Assembly: GCA_964016885.1 (NCBI GenBank)
Contig: OZ024743.1
Span: 72,044,001 to 72,108,000, forward strand
Origin: Eledone cirrhosa
Lineage: Eukaryota
Length of the DNA stretch: 64,000 nt
Direction: 5' to 3'
Within the stretch, counting starts at the first letter, position 1. The number at the start of each line of letters is the position of its first letter. This document shows positions 22,831 to 37,900 of this stretch, piece by piece. The translations under genes were made by a program, and so were the position numbers. Below the pieces are notes generated by a model. That model did not search any database, was not told where the DNA came from, and worked only from the letters and a program-made list of their open reading frames with translations.

Positions 22831-23521
22831 ATCATATAACTATATTGAAATTTATAACCAAACGAAACTGATAATTTGCAATGTTTTTACTGTTACATAT
22901 ATTCACGTAGCCTGTTACATTTAACCTTAGTAGAATCGGTAGAGCATCGAACCAAATGTATGGCGGGCATGTGTGTTTGTTCCGTTTGATTCTGGGTTTG
23001 ATTTACGTTGGTTTAAATTCTTCAGAATGAAGGAAACGTTCAGGTGTTACTGCCAATGTGCAACTGCATGTAATGCCTCACTGAGCAGACAATGGTGAAA
23101 AGCATGCAGTTGTTGCTGTAGATGTACATATTCCAGGTGATGCTTCACCGAGCAGAAACATGGTGAATTTAAATCTAGCTGTGACAATATTATTTAAAGA
23201 ATATCTATGACTATATAATTCAATATGTTTAAAGATGGTAGCGTGTGCTTCGAAAATATGTTTTCTGTATCTCCAGCTAAACAAGTGAATTACATAGAGG
23301 TTTTCTCATCAGTTTCTGAACCGTTTCCAATATATCAATGACGGATGTACGTGTGTGTCTGTGTGTGTATGCGTGTGTGTGTGTACATGCGTGTGTGTGT
23401 GTGTATGTATATATACCCGGATGTATATATATACGAAAGCTATACGGAAGTCAGCGAAGCAAGCAATACTGAAGATATTCATTTAACGGTTGAAAAAGTA
23501 GGAACATAGACTGAAAGCTTT

Positions 23522-23556
<35 letters not shown>

Positions 23557-23737
23557 ATATATATGTACAATGATATTAAATAAATGGAAACTATATTCAT
23601 AAAACCATATTTATTCTATTATATATATTTCAAGGGTACCAACATTTTGATAAGCTATCATCAGATAAAATGCAAAATGTGTTATAAATATTTGACATAA
23701 CCAAGGATAATATACCTTAACGGTTCAAGGAAGTGGG

Positions 23738-23773
23738 TCTTAACATTTCGGACGCTAGTCCTTCATCAGAAGA
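23738..23773 (-). ncRNA. Minimal hammerhead motif, PLE type (loop palindrome broken: ATGT)
   Basis: Minus strand TCTT-CTGATGA-a-GGAC-tagc-GTCC-GAAA-TGTT-AAGA. Confidence 0.55.
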
Positions 23774-24435
23774 AAGAATTTGAAATAAGATAGATTGAAG
23801 GGTCGAACGGATTGCAATTGGAAAAAATGTCTTTAGATTAAAATACAGGTCCATTCATGTTGACATCTCTTGCAAAACTGTTGGTGCTTGCGTTTTGTGT
23901 ATGATTTCTTTTTTAGAAAAGTGGATGACGGAGCGCGTCTCCCTGAAATGGAAAAACAAAATCGTTTTTTAGAAAGACCTATGCTTGTGCACGTGCGTAA
24001 GCATTTGTGTGTGAGTGTAGGAGTGTGTGTGTGTGTGTGTGTTATTATATGTCCGTACGAAGCTAAAAAGGAATGTGTATGTATATGTGAGTAAAAGAGT
24101 GTGTGTGCATGTAAGTACGAAACTATGAGCAAAAGTATGTTAATATAAGGGTGTGTATGTCGCGCATGAGCACGTCATTCTTTATCTTCTCAGCCCTTTG
24201 TATATGTTCGAGTGATGGGCTACGTATACACGGTGTTTGTTTACTACTACGATTTTGGTTGATCTCTGATTCAGGTTATCTAAATTAAGACTGTAAAAGT
24301 TGTCACGGTCCTTTGTCGTGATGGTCCGGAGCGCCTAGCCGGTATCCAGGAGATATACTGCGGGTGATGGCAACTTTCTCCCTCTTTTTCTTATTGTATA
24401 AGACATTTACAAACGAGAACACCATCATACATACA

Positions 24436-24470
<35 letters not shown>

Positions 24471-24535
24471 AGCGTGAACCTAATACTAACACTGTGTGTA
24501 CTGCACTCTTCGTTATTGTTTTTTTTTTGTTTTTT

Positions 24536-24670
<135 letters not shown>

Positions 24671-25088
24671 AATTCTCTGAGATACTTCTAACGCCATAAC
24701 TAAAAGTGGATCATCTTTATGGAAGATGGCGTTATCAGTATCTCAGAGAATTAATCGATGTGGATAATTAGTTAATATGCTAGCTTGTCACAGGATGAAG
24801 TTTAAAATAGTTCGGCAGCTAAAGGTAGTGTGAAGGTGTGTTGCCAGGTAATTAGGGTGTTGTTCCTTACCTATAATGTGACGTTGAATCTACCTGAGGA
24901 CTATGTTGATAGTACACTGGCCTGTAAAATGTAGTCAACTAAGAGTTCCGTATTGATGTTTTGTTTGTTTTATAAATCTGACACTGAAGCATTTTATGGG
25001 GACGAAATATCCTAATAAAAGAAGGATAATAGAGAAAATAATGTCGTTTTAAAAACTTTTACCTACGAATAACCACACGCACACCCAC

Positions 25089-25129
<41 letters not shown>

Positions 25130-25721
25130 AACGAGTAGGACACCGATGGCTGAGCTCAAGCCGTTTCGACGGTTAATTCTGGACTAGTCTAGAATTAGCC
25201 ACTCTACTACCCTAAGTATTGAGTACTTTGGTGCCTTATGGTCCACCTGGTTCCTTACCACATTTCCTTCGTTATATATATATATATATAAATGAATGAA
25301 TGAAGGAGTTACCACGCTTCGGCTATTGGCAGTTAGTAATCTGTATCGCACCACTCTGTACCTCTCTGCTTCCTCCTCTACTACGATACTGATGCCCTAT
25401 TATATATATTATAGGGCATAAGTATATATATATATATATATGCATATGTATATGTATATATTTATATATATGTATGTGTGTATGTGTGTTTGTAGATGTA
25501 TGTGCATGTAAAACAACACATATACTTGTGTATTACGGGTATATTAATGCATTATGCAAACAGACACACTCACAAACACACATATTATGTGTTTAAATAT
25601 CTTTCCATATACGTACAAATATAGATGTATATATACATTAAATTAAACAGATATTTATATAACCTTAGTCGTTTACATTTAAACATATACATACACACCA
25701 CACAGACACACACACACACAC

Positions 25722-25771
<50 letters not shown>

Positions 25772-27069
25772 AATTTATATCTAGTAACATTTATATACAT
25801 ACAGATGCATATCAATGCTAGCAAATATATAGGTTTTGTCTTATTAACAATGTGGTTCAATGCATGGGGTTGCAGAACAATAATATGAGAGACGTAAAAT
25901 AAGAAAATTATAAAATTAACTTACTTACTAAAAAATCACTTCCAACTAATTAGTTTCTGGAATGGAGTAAATATTTTTCCGAAGAATCATATGGAAAATC
26001 ATTCCGTCATCAGGAAAGTCTTTTTCCGTATATGTCTCCAGTCATAGCTAGGACACTGGAAACTTATTAAAAAAAATAATTCAGTGGAATGGAAATAGCG
26101 AAGCGTGGACTGGAATCCAAGCCATTGAGAAAATCACTGCCTCTTCGTCTGTGGCAAATTCAAAAAGAATCAATCACGTGACATCGAGGTCAATCAGTGG
26201 AAAGCGAGTGGTTATTAAGACAGCGGCCAGCTTACTACCATAGTAGCAGTCATGGCCAAATATTGCTCGACAAATGAATTGGAGATAATTATAAGGAATT
26301 TATATCTAGTAACATTTATATACACACAGATGCATATCAATGCTAGCAAATATATAGGTTTTGTCTTATTAACAATGTGGTTCAATGCATGGGGTTGCAG
26401 AACAATAATATGAGAGACGTAAAATAAGAAAATTATAAAATTAACTTACTTACTAAAACATCACTTAAAACTAATTAGTTTCTGGAATGGAGTAAATATA
26501 TTTTCCGAAGAATCATATAGAAAATTATCCGTCATCAGGAAAGTCTTTTTCCGTATAGGTCTCCAAGCATAGCGAGGACACTGGAAACTAATTTAAAAAA
26601 ATAATTCAGTGGAATGGAAATAGCGAAGCGTGGACTGGAATCCAAGCCATTGAGAAAATCCCTGCCTTTTCGTCTGTGGCAAATTCAAAAAGAATCAATC
26701 ACGTGACATCGAGGTCAATCAGTGGAAAGCGAGTTTTTATTAAGACAGCGGCCAGCTTACTACCATAGTAGCAGTCATGGCCAAATATTGCTCGACAAAT
26801 GAATTGGAGATAATTATAAGAAATGTATATCTAGTAACATTTATATTCCAGTCCACGCTTCGCTATTTCCATTCCACTGAATTATTTTTTTTAATAAGTT
26901 TCCAGTGTCCTCGCTATGCCTGGAAACCTATACGGAAAAAGACTTTCCTGATGACGGAATGATTTTCCATATGATTCTTCGGAAAATATATTTACTCCAT
27001 TCCAGAAACTAATTAGTTGGAAGTGATTTTTTAGTAAGTAAGTTAATTTTATAATTTTCTTATTTTACG

Positions 27070-27109
<40 letters not shown>

Positions 27110-27666
27110 CAACTTTAAGTTTACATAACTGTATATGCTTGCCTTGCCAGATACAAAATATATATCAAGTAAGCGAAAGGACTATAACATGCAAATTATG
27201 ATGCATTATTGTAAGAAAAAAAAAAAAAAATTATTGTAAGAAATATATGTATAAATCCTGACGAGCGCGTGTGCAGAATTTTAACAGAACCATTAAATAT
27301 GCCAATATCATATCAATTGATAAGACACATTTTCCTGTATTCTTTAAACTACTATTGTGTATACTAGATAATTAGATAGACTTGTGATATTCCTGTCAGC
27401 ATACATATAATATTGTTGGCTGTCACTGTTTTATGATGGGATGGACACTTCTTTGGAAATGCTGAATACAGATTTGTTTCAGTAATCTCTATATATCTAT
27501 CGGACAGTCATATTTCTACAAAGTGTTTGTGGTTAGACATGAATTATATTATTAGAAGGAATATAAATCATGAGAATAAAAGAAAAACATTTCTGAAATA
27601 GGTCACATATACTGAAACAATTTTCTATATATGGCTAAATAAAGAAAATATTTCTTCAAAACAATA

Positions 27667-28041
27667 ATGCGATCGCAAATACAAACAGCCGAAATTGGGT
27701 ACCTCCGGTCGAGTAACCTTACTCGATGGATTGCGTAGATCGGAGATGAGTGAGTCACTCCAGGTAGAGCCGATACTTCTCCGAATATGGACATGTGGTT
27801 AGAACGTCTCGGGAAAGAATTGCTGGACAGATTGTACGGGCTAAACCAACCGGCAGTAGACCAGGGTTAGACCCCGTGCAAGATGGTTGGATAATATTCA
27901 CGAGTTTGGCTGGCCTCGCTTGAGTTTCTAGCCGGATCAGTTGGAGATGGTTGCTTCTGGCAGGACGCCTTGGAAGCAATTTTCGAGGACTCTCCCCCAT
28001 GACCCTCTTAAGAAGAAGACGAAGAAGAAGAAGTAGAAGAA

Positions 28042-28072
<31 letters not shown>

Positions 28073-28183
28073 AAGAAGAAGAAGAAGAAGAAGAAGAAGA
28101 AGAAGAAGAAGAAGAAGAAGAAGAAGAAGAAGAAGAAGAAGAAGAAGAAGAAGAAGAAGAAGAAGAAGAAGAAGAAGAAGAAG
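27667..28183 (+). mobile_element. RTE 3' fragment, segment copy 2 (longer AAG tail)
   Basis: Near-identical to 22419-22830. Confidence 0.88.
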
Positions 28184-28717
28184 ATCATATAACTATATTG
28201 AAATTTATAACCAAATGAAACTGATAATTTGCAATGTTTTTACTGTTACATATATTCACGTAGCCTGTTACATTTAACCTTTGTAGAATCGGTAGAGCAT
28301 CGAACCAAATGTATGGCGGGCATGTATATTTGTTCCGTTTGATTCTGGGTTTGATTTACGTTGGTTTAAATTTTTCAGAATGAAGGAAACGTTCAGGTGT
28401 TACTGCCAATGTGCAACTGCATGTAATGCCTCACTGAGCAGACAATGGTGAAAAGCATGCAGTTGTTGCTGTAGATGTACATATTCCAGGTGATGCTTCA
28501 CCGAGCAGAAACATGGTGAATTTAAATCTAGCTGTGACAATATTATTTAAAGAATATCTATGACTATATAATGACGGTTTTGGTTGATCTCTGATTCAGG
28601 TTATCTAAATTAAGACTGTAAAAGTTGTCACGGTCATTTGTCGTGATGGTCCGGAGCGCCTAGCCGGTATCCGGGAGATATACTGCGGGTGATGGCAACT
28701 TTCACCCTCTTTTCTTA

Positions 28718-28793
28718 AGAGAGTCATGGGGGGAGAGTCCTCGAAAATTCCTTCCAAGGGGTCTTGCCAGAAGCAACCATCTCCAACTGATCC
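28718..28793 (-). mobile_element. Extremely 5'-truncated RTE insertion (~80 bp) with TSD, specific to segment copy 2
   Basis: Reverse complement of ~22686-22760, flanked by TTTTCTTA at 28710-28717 and 28794-28801. The site is empty in copies 1 and 3. Confidence 0.85.
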
Positions 28794-28872
28794 TTTTCTT
28801 ATTGTATAAGACATTTACACACGAGAACACCATTATACGTACATGCATAATATATATATATATATATATATA

Positions 28873-29094
28873 TTGGTAAACGGAATAGAAAATGCTGACA
28901 AATTGTTCACAGTTGCAAAATGGTTTAATTAGGAATAAAAGAGTATTAGTGATTGTATGGGTTAGTATCATACAATCACTAATACTCTTTTATTCCTAAT
29001 TAAACCATTTTTCAACCGTGAACACTTTGTCAGCATTTTCTATTCGGTTTAACAATATATAATAACTTGTGTGTTACACCTCTATTCTTTTAAC
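28873..29094. mobile_element. Fold-back insert: 87-bp arms, 9-nt loop, ~40-bp tail, in (TA)n; specific to segment copy 2
   Basis: 28873-28959 pairs with 28969-29055 (GATTGTATG-ggttagtat-CATACAATC at the centre). Confidence 0.85.
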
Positions 29095-29186
29095 TATATA
29101 TATATATATATATCAAGCGTGTACCTAATACTAACACTGTTTGTACTGCACTCTTCGTTATTGTTTTTTGTTTTTTTTTTTGTTTT

Positions 29187-29300
<114 letters not shown>

Positions 29301-29737
29301 GATAATTCTCTGAGATACTTCTAACGCCATAACTAAAAGTGGATCATCTTTATGGAAGATGGAGTTTACAGTATCTCAGAGAATTAATCGATGTGGATAA
29401 TTAGTTAATATGCTAGCTTGTCACAGGATGAATTTTAAAATAGTTCGGCAGCTAAAGGTAGTGTGAAGGTGTGTTGCCATGTAATTAGGGTGTTGTTCCT
29501 TACCTATAATGTGACGTTGAATCTACCTGAGGACTATGTTGATAGTACACTGGCCTGTAAAATGTAGTCTACTAAGAGTTCCGTATTGATGTTTTGTTTG
29601 TTTTATCAATCTGACACTGAAGCATTTTATGGGGACGAAATATCCTAATAAAAGAAGGATAATAGAGAAAATAATGTCGTTTTTAACAACATTTGAAAGA
29701 AAAAGTGTTTCCTACGAATAACCACACGCACACCCAC

Positions 29738-29784
<47 letters not shown>

Positions 29785-30404
29785 AACGAGTAGGACACCG
29801 ATGGCTGAGCTCAAGCCGTTTCGACGGTTAATTCTGGACTAATCCAGAATTAGCCACTCTACTACCCTAAGTATTGAGTACTTTGGTGCCTTATGGTCCA
29901 CCTGGTTCCTTACCACATTTCCTTCGTTATATATATATATATATAAATGAATGAATGAAGGAGTTACCACGCTTTGACTATTGGCAGTTAGTAATCTGTA
30001 TCGCACCACTCTGTACCTCTCTGCTTCCTCCTCTCCTACGATACTGATGCCCTATAATATATATTATAGGGCATAAGTATATATATATATATATATATAT
30101 GCATATGTATATGTGTATATTTATATATATGTGTGTGTGTATGTGTGTTTGTAGATGTATGTGCATGTAAAACAACACATATACTTGTGTATTACGGGTA
30201 TATTAATGCATTATGCAAACAGACACACTCACAAACACACATATTATGTGTTTAAATATCTTTCCATATATGTACAAATATAGATGTATATATACATTAA
30301 ATTAAACAGATATTTATATAACCTTAGTCGTTTACATTTAAACATATACATACACACCACACAGACACACACACACACATATATATATACACACACATAT
30401 ATAA

Positions 30405-30475
<71 letters not shown>

Positions 30476-31008
30476 ACAACTCTAAGTTTACATAACTGTA
30501 TATGCTTGCCTTGCCAGATACAAAATATATATCAAGTAAGCGAAAGGACTATAACATGCAAATTATGATGCATTATTGTAAGAAATATATGTATAAATCC
30601 TGACGAGCGCGTGTGCAGAATTTTCACAGAACCATTAAATATGCCAATATTATATCAATTGATAAGACACATTTTCCTGTATTCTTTAAACTACTATTGT
30701 GTATACTAGATAATTAGATAGACTTGTGATATTCCTGTCAGCATACATTTAATATTGTTGGCTGTCACTGTTTTATGATGGGATGGACACTTCTTTGGAA
30801 ATGCTGAATACAGATTTGTTTCAGTAATCTCTATATATCTATTGGACAGTCATATTTCTACAAAGTGTTTGTGGTTAGACATGAATTATATTATTAGAAG
30901 GAATATAAATCATGAGAATAAAAGAAAAACATTTCTGAAATAGGTCACATTTACTGAAACAATTTTCTATATATGGCTAAATAAAGAAAATATTTCTTCA
31001 AAACAATA

Positions 31009-31351
31009 ATGCGATCGCAAATACAAACAGCCGAAATTGGGTACCTCCGGTCGAGTAACATTACTCGATGGATTGCGTAGATCGGAGATGAGTGAGTCAC
31101 TCCAGGTAGAGCCGATACTTCTCCGAATATGGACATGTGGTTAGAATGTCTCGGGAAAGAATTGCTGGACAGATTGTACGGGCTAAACAAACCGGCAGTA
31201 GACCAGGGTTAGACACCGTGCAAGATGGTTGGATAATATTCACGAGTTTGGCTGGCCTCGCTTGAGGTTCTAGCCGGATCAGTTGGAGATGGTTGCTTCT
31301 GGCAGGACCCCTTGGAAGGAATTTTGGAGGACTCTCCCCCCATGTCCCTCT

Positions 31352-31382
<31 letters not shown>

Positions 31383-31403
31383 AAGAAGAAGAAGAAGAAG
31401 AAG
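31009..31403 (+). mobile_element. RTE 3' fragment, segment copy 3
   Basis: Near-identical to 22419-22830. Confidence 0.88.
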
Positions 31404-32089
31404 ATCATATAACTATATTGAAATTCATAACCAAACGAAACTGATAATTTGCAATGTTTTACTGTTACATATATTCACGTAGCCTGTTACATTTAACCTT
31501 AGTAGAATCGGTAGAGCATCGAACCAAATGTATGGCGGGCATGTATGTTTGTTCCGTTTGATTCTGGGTTTGATTTACGTTGGTTTAAATTCTTCAGAAT
31601 GAAGGAAACGTTCAGGTGTTACTGCCAATGTGCAACTGCATGTAATGCCTCACTGAGCAGACAATGGTGAAAAGCATGCAGTTGTTGCTGTAGATGTACA
31701 TATTCCAGGTGATGCTTCACCGAGCAGAAACATGGTGAATTTAAATTTAGCTGTGACAATATTATTTAAAGAATATCTATGACTATATAATTCAATATGT
31801 TTAAAGATGGTAGCGTGTGCTTCGAAAATATGTTTTCTGTATCTCCAGCTAAACAAGTGAATTACATAGAGGTTTTCTCATCAGTTTCTGAACCGTGTCC
31901 AATATATCAATGACGGATGTACGTGTATGTCTGTGTGTGTATGCGTGTGTGTGTGTACATGCGTGTGTGTGTGTGTATGTATATATACCCTGATGTATAT
32001 ATAAACGAAAGCTATACGGAAGTCAGCGAAGCAAGCAATACTGAAGATATTCATTTAACGGTTGAAAAAGTAGGAACATAGACTGAAAG

Positions 32090-32151
<62 letters not shown>

Positions 32152-32319
32152 ATGATATTAAATAAATGGAAACTATATTCATAAAACCATATTTATTCTA
32201 TTATATATATTTCAAGGGTACCACAATTTTGATAAGCTATCATCAGATAAAATGCAAAATGTGTTATAAATTTTTGACATAACCAAGGATAATATACCTT
32301 AACGGTTCAAGGAAGTGGG

Positions 32320-32355
32320 TCTTAACGTTTCGGACGCTAGTCCTTCATCAGAAGA
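32320..32355 (-). ncRNA. Minimal hammerhead motif, PLE type (intact ACGT palindrome)
   Basis: Minus strand TCTT-CTGATGA-a-GGAC-tagc-GTCC-GAAA-CGTT-AAGA; stem I TCTT/AAGA, stem II GGAC/GTCC. Confidence 0.7.
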
Positions 32356-33026
32356 AAGAATGTGAAATAAGATAGATTGAGGGGTCGGACAGATTGCAAT
32401 TGGAAAAAATGTCTTTAGATTAAAATAACAGATCCATTCATGTTGACATCTCTTGCAAAACTGTTGGTGCTGGCGTTTTGTGTATGATTTATTTTTTAGA
32501 AAAGTGGATGACGGAGCGCGTCTCCCTGAAATGGAAAAACAAAATCGTTTTTTAGAAAGACCTATGCTTGTGCACGTGTGTAGACATTTGTCTGTGTGTG
32601 TATGTGTGTGTGTGTGTGTGTATGTGTGTTTGTTATTATACGTCCGTACGAAGCTAAGAAGAAATGTGTATGTATATGTGAGTAAAAGAGTGTGTGTGCA
32701 TGTAAGTACGAAACTATGAGCAAAAGTATGTTAATATAAGGGTGTGTATGTCGCGCATGAGCACGTCATTCTTTATCTTCTCAGCCCTTCGTATATGTTC
32801 GAGTGATGGGCTACGTATACACGGTGTTTGTTTACTACTACGGTTTTGGTTGATCTCTGATTCAGGTTATCTAAATTAAGACTGTAAAAGTTGTCACGGT
32901 CCTTTGTCGTGATGGTCCGGAGCGCCTAGCCGGTATCCGGGAGATATACTGCGGGTGATGGCAACTTTCACCCTCTTTTTCTTATTGTATAAAACATTTA
33001 CACACGAGAACACCATTATACATACA

Positions 33027-33063
<37 letters not shown>

Positions 33064-33166
33064 ATAATAATAAAATTGAAGACTAATATATATATCAAGC
33101 GTTAACCTAATACTAACACTGTTGTACTGCACTCTTCGTTATTGTTTTTTGTTTTTTTTTTGTTTT

Positions 33167-33294
<128 letters not shown>

Positions 33295-33869
33295 ATATAT
33301 ATATATAAATTGTAGTAAGAGAAGAAACAACCAAAATTCTTGAAATAATATTTATTTGTTTACAATTGTTTCAGAGGACAATATCTCAATTAGATCCATA
33401 AGATTTCGACGTATTAATATATGAATCAGTTGGTCTAGGTTATATTAAAATCGAACGATGGTCATAGCTCATATTCAGAATTTAAAAAATAAATTTCAAA
33501 TATTCATGGCACTTATGGAGGAAACAAGAATCAATATATGGCTGACGAATAGTTGTAAATATTTGATATAACTTTATTTTAAAGAAATTTGAGTTTATTA
33601 AAACATTGAATTATCGATTGCTTCTATGTTCCATTACATTCTGAAAGAATTCCAAAGAAAAATGTAAAACCCATCCGAGAAGTGTGAAGCAAGACTATTA
33701 GTTTAAATTAGGTTTATAGAATTCCACATTAAGTTCTATACACTGCTTCGAGAAAATATGCAACTTCACATTGGATGTATCATTCATAACTTCTGTACGA
33801 GGAATTCGTTTCAAGCCCTTTCATTTTTGAGCTTTCATGCAACAAATTATTTAATATACAAAATCCTGT

Positions 33870-34009
33870 ATCCATAACATCGTATCTCTCAATTAGGAGA
33901 GGTAGCTTCTCTAATCTCTGAGCTACACACTCTAGCGAGTAACGCCATTCCAAAGACACATCGGAGGAACACAATTTCTGTGGCTTCTATTCGCGATCGT
34001 ATTCTTTCC
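33870..34009 (-). pseudogene. Older RTE LINE coding fragment
   Basis: Minus strand encodes ERIRSRIEATEIVFLRCVFGMALLARVCSSEIRE, homologous to RSQIQAAEIGYLR..SEMRE at 22419. Confidence 0.75.
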
Positions 34010-34522
34010 CGGATGTGGATTTTCCTCTTTTCTTGAGAACGAACACGTACCCCCGCTGCCAAAGTTACTGGTACAGCCCTTTGCAGTGGAGTTACTACGC
34101 TGCACTGGTGGATGGGTAGAGGTTGGAATGAATATCGAATTGATTAAACCAAGTCAGATAGTTTATTTTTTAAGTTTTCACAAATGCAGATAAATATATT
34201 TTAGGACTCAAATACTGTCATAATAAAGCACCATTCAAAAGTAAACTCACAAGAACATATCAAATACTGGTTTATCATGGTCATTGGCCTGATTGTTGTG
34301 ATGTATGTAGAGTGAGAATATCTGTACAATGAAGCGATTAGAGATAAATCGTGACAAGGAAAGAAATTTCGAATGTGGGAAATACACATTGGAAGAATCG
34401 TTTAGTTTCCACTTTCATGGTGAAATCCAATTGTGAGGATATGAAGAAGTAATGAATTGTATCTTCCTAAAATAGAAAAGTAGAAAAATTACTCTTATAG
34501 TGATGCATGGCGCATCTGTCAG

Positions 34523-34980
34523 TTACACACACACACACTCACGCACGCACATACACACACACACGCGCGCAGACACATGCATACTCACATATACACACGC
34601 ACACAGCTACACCCATACACACACACACGTGCGCAGTCACATGCACACTCACATACACACACGCACACAGCTACACACACACACGTGCGAAGACACATGC
34701 ACACTCACATATACACACGCACACAGCTACACACACATACGTGTGCAGACACATGCACACTCACATATAAACACGCACACAGCTACACACATACACACAC
34801 ACACGGGCGCAGACACATGCACACTCACATATACACACGCACAGACACATGCACACTCACACAGACACACGCACACAGACACACGCAAACTCACAAACTC
34901 TCTCTTTCTCTCTCTTTGTCTCTCTGTCTCTCTTTGTTTCTTTCTCTCTTTCATTCTCTCTCTTTCTTTCTTTTTGTCTC
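34523..34980. repeat. Degenerate CA-rich ~60-bp minisatellite followed by a CT-rich tract
   Basis: GCAGACACATGCACACTCACATATACACACGCACACAGCTACAC recurs about 5 times in 34570-34880; TC-rich 34898-34980. Confidence 0.85.
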
Positions 34981-37900
34981 TTTCTACACATACAGCTGCT
35001 TTCTACACATACAGCTACTTTCTACACATACAGCTGCTTTCTACACATACAGCTACTTTCTACACATACAGCTAGTTTCTACACATACAGCTACTTTCTA
35101 CAGATACAGCTGCTTTCTACACATACAGCTACTTTCTACACATACAGCTAGTTTCTACACATACAGCTACTTTCTACACATACAGCTACTTTCTACACAT
35201 ACAGCTACTTTCTACACATACAGCTACTTTCTACACATACAGCTAGTTTCTACACATACAGCTACTTTCTACACATACAGCTACTTTCTACACATACAGC
35301 TACTTTCTACACATACAGCTACTTTCTACACATACAGCTAGTTTCTAGACATACAGCAACTTTCTACACATACAGCTACTTTCTACACATACAGCTACTT
35401 TCTACACATACAGCTACTTTCTACACATACAGCTAGTTTCTACACATACAGCTACTTTCTACACATACAGCTACTTTCTACACATACAGCTGCTTTCTAC
35501 ACATACAGCTGCTTTCTACACATAGAGCTACTTTCTACACATACAGCTACTTTCTACACATACAGCTGCTTTCTACACATACAGCTAGTTTCTACACATA
35601 CAGCTACTTTCTACACATACAGCTGCTTTCTACACATACAGCTACTTTCTACACATACAGCTGCTTTCTACACATACAGCAGCTTTCTACACATACAGCT
35701 AGTTTCTACACATACAGCTGCTTTCTACACATGTAGCTACTTTCTACACATACAGCTGCTTTCTACACATACAGCTGCTTTCTACACATACAGCTACTTT
35801 CTACACATACAGCTAGTTTCTAGACATACAGCAACTTTCTACACATACAGCTGCTTTCTACACATACAGCTGCTTTCTACACATACAGCTAGTTTCTACA
35901 CATACAGCTACTTTCTACACATACAGCTACTTTCTACACATACAGCTACTTTCTACACATACAGCTACTTTCTACACATACAGCTGCTTTCTACACATAC
36001 AGCTGCTTTCTACACATACAGCTACTTTCTACACATACAGCTACTTTCTACACATACAGCTGCTTTCTACACATACAGCTACTTTCTACACATACAGCTA
36101 GTTTCTACACATACAGCTACTTTCTACACATACAGCTGCTTTCTACACATACAGCTGCTTTCTACACATACAGCTACTTTCTACACATACAGCTGCTTTC
36201 TACACATACAGCTACTTTCTACACATACAGCTAGTTTCTAGACATACAGCTACTTTCTACACATACAGCTGCTTTCTACACATACAGCTGCTTTCTACAC
36301 ATACAGCTACTTTCTACACATACAGCTACTTTCTACACATACAGCTGCTTTCTACACATGTAGCTACTTTCTACACATACAGCTGCTTTCTACACATACA
36401 GCTGCTTTCTACACATACAGCTACTTTCTACACATACAGCTAGTTTCTAGACATACAGCAACTTTCTACACATACAGCTGCTTTCTACACATACAGCTAC
36501 TTTCTACACATACAGCTAGTTTCTAGACATACAGCTACTTTCTACACATACAGCTGCTTTCTACACATACAGCTGCTTTCTACACATACAGCTACTTTCT
36601 ACACATACAGCTACTTTCTACACATACAGCTACTTTCTACACATACAGCTGCTTTCTACACATACAGCTACTTTCTACACATACAGCTACTTTCTACACA
36701 TACAGCTGCTTTCTACACATACAGCTACTTTCTACACATACAGCTACTTTCTACACATACAGCTGCTTTCTACACATACAGCTGCTTTCTACACATACAG
36801 CTACTTTCTACACATACAGCTACTTTCTACACATACAGCTGCTTTCTACACATACAGCTACTTTCTACACATACAGCTGCTTTCTACACATACAGCTGCT
36901 TTCTACACATACAGCTAGTTTCTACACATACAGCTGCTTTCTACACATGTAGCTACTTTCTACACATACAGCTGCTTTCTACACATACAGCTGCTTTCTA
37001 CACATACAGCTACTTTCTACACATACAGCTGCTTTCTACACATACAGCTGCTTTCTACACATACAGCTAGTTTCTACACATACAGCTGCTTTCTACACAT
37101 ACAGCTGCTTTCTACACATACAGCTGCTTTCTACACATACAGCTACTTTCTACAGATACAGCTAGTCTCTACACATACAGCTGCTTTCTACACATACAGC
37201 TAGTTTCTACACATACAGCTGCTTTCTACACATACAGCTGCTTTCTACACATACAGCTACTTTCTACACATACAGCTACTTTCTACACATACAGCTAGTT
37301 TCTACACATACAGCTACTTTCTACACATACAGCTACTTTCTACACATACAGCTACTTTCTACACATACAGCTACTTTCTACACATACAGCTGCTTTCTAC
37401 ACATACAGCAGCTTTCTACACATACAGCTGCTTTCTACACATACAGCTGCTTTCTACACATACAGCTACTTTCTACACATACAGCTACTTTCTACACATA
37501 CAGCTACTTTCTACACATACAGCTAGTTTCTACACATACAGCTGCTTTCTACACATACAGCTACTTTCTACACATACAGCTACTTTCTACACATACAGCT
37601 ACTTTCTACACATACAGCTGCTTTCTACACATACAGCTGCTTTCTACACATACAGCTACTTTCTACACATACAGCTACTTTCTACACATACAGCTACTTT
37701 CTACACATACAGCTGCTTTCTACACATACAGCTACTTTCTACACATACAGCTACTTTCTACACATACAGCTGCTTTCTACACATACAGCTACTTTCTACA
37801 CATACAGCTACTTTCTACACATACAGCTACTTTCTACACATACAGCTAGTTTCTACACATACAGCTACTTTCTACACATACAGCTACTTTCTACACATAC

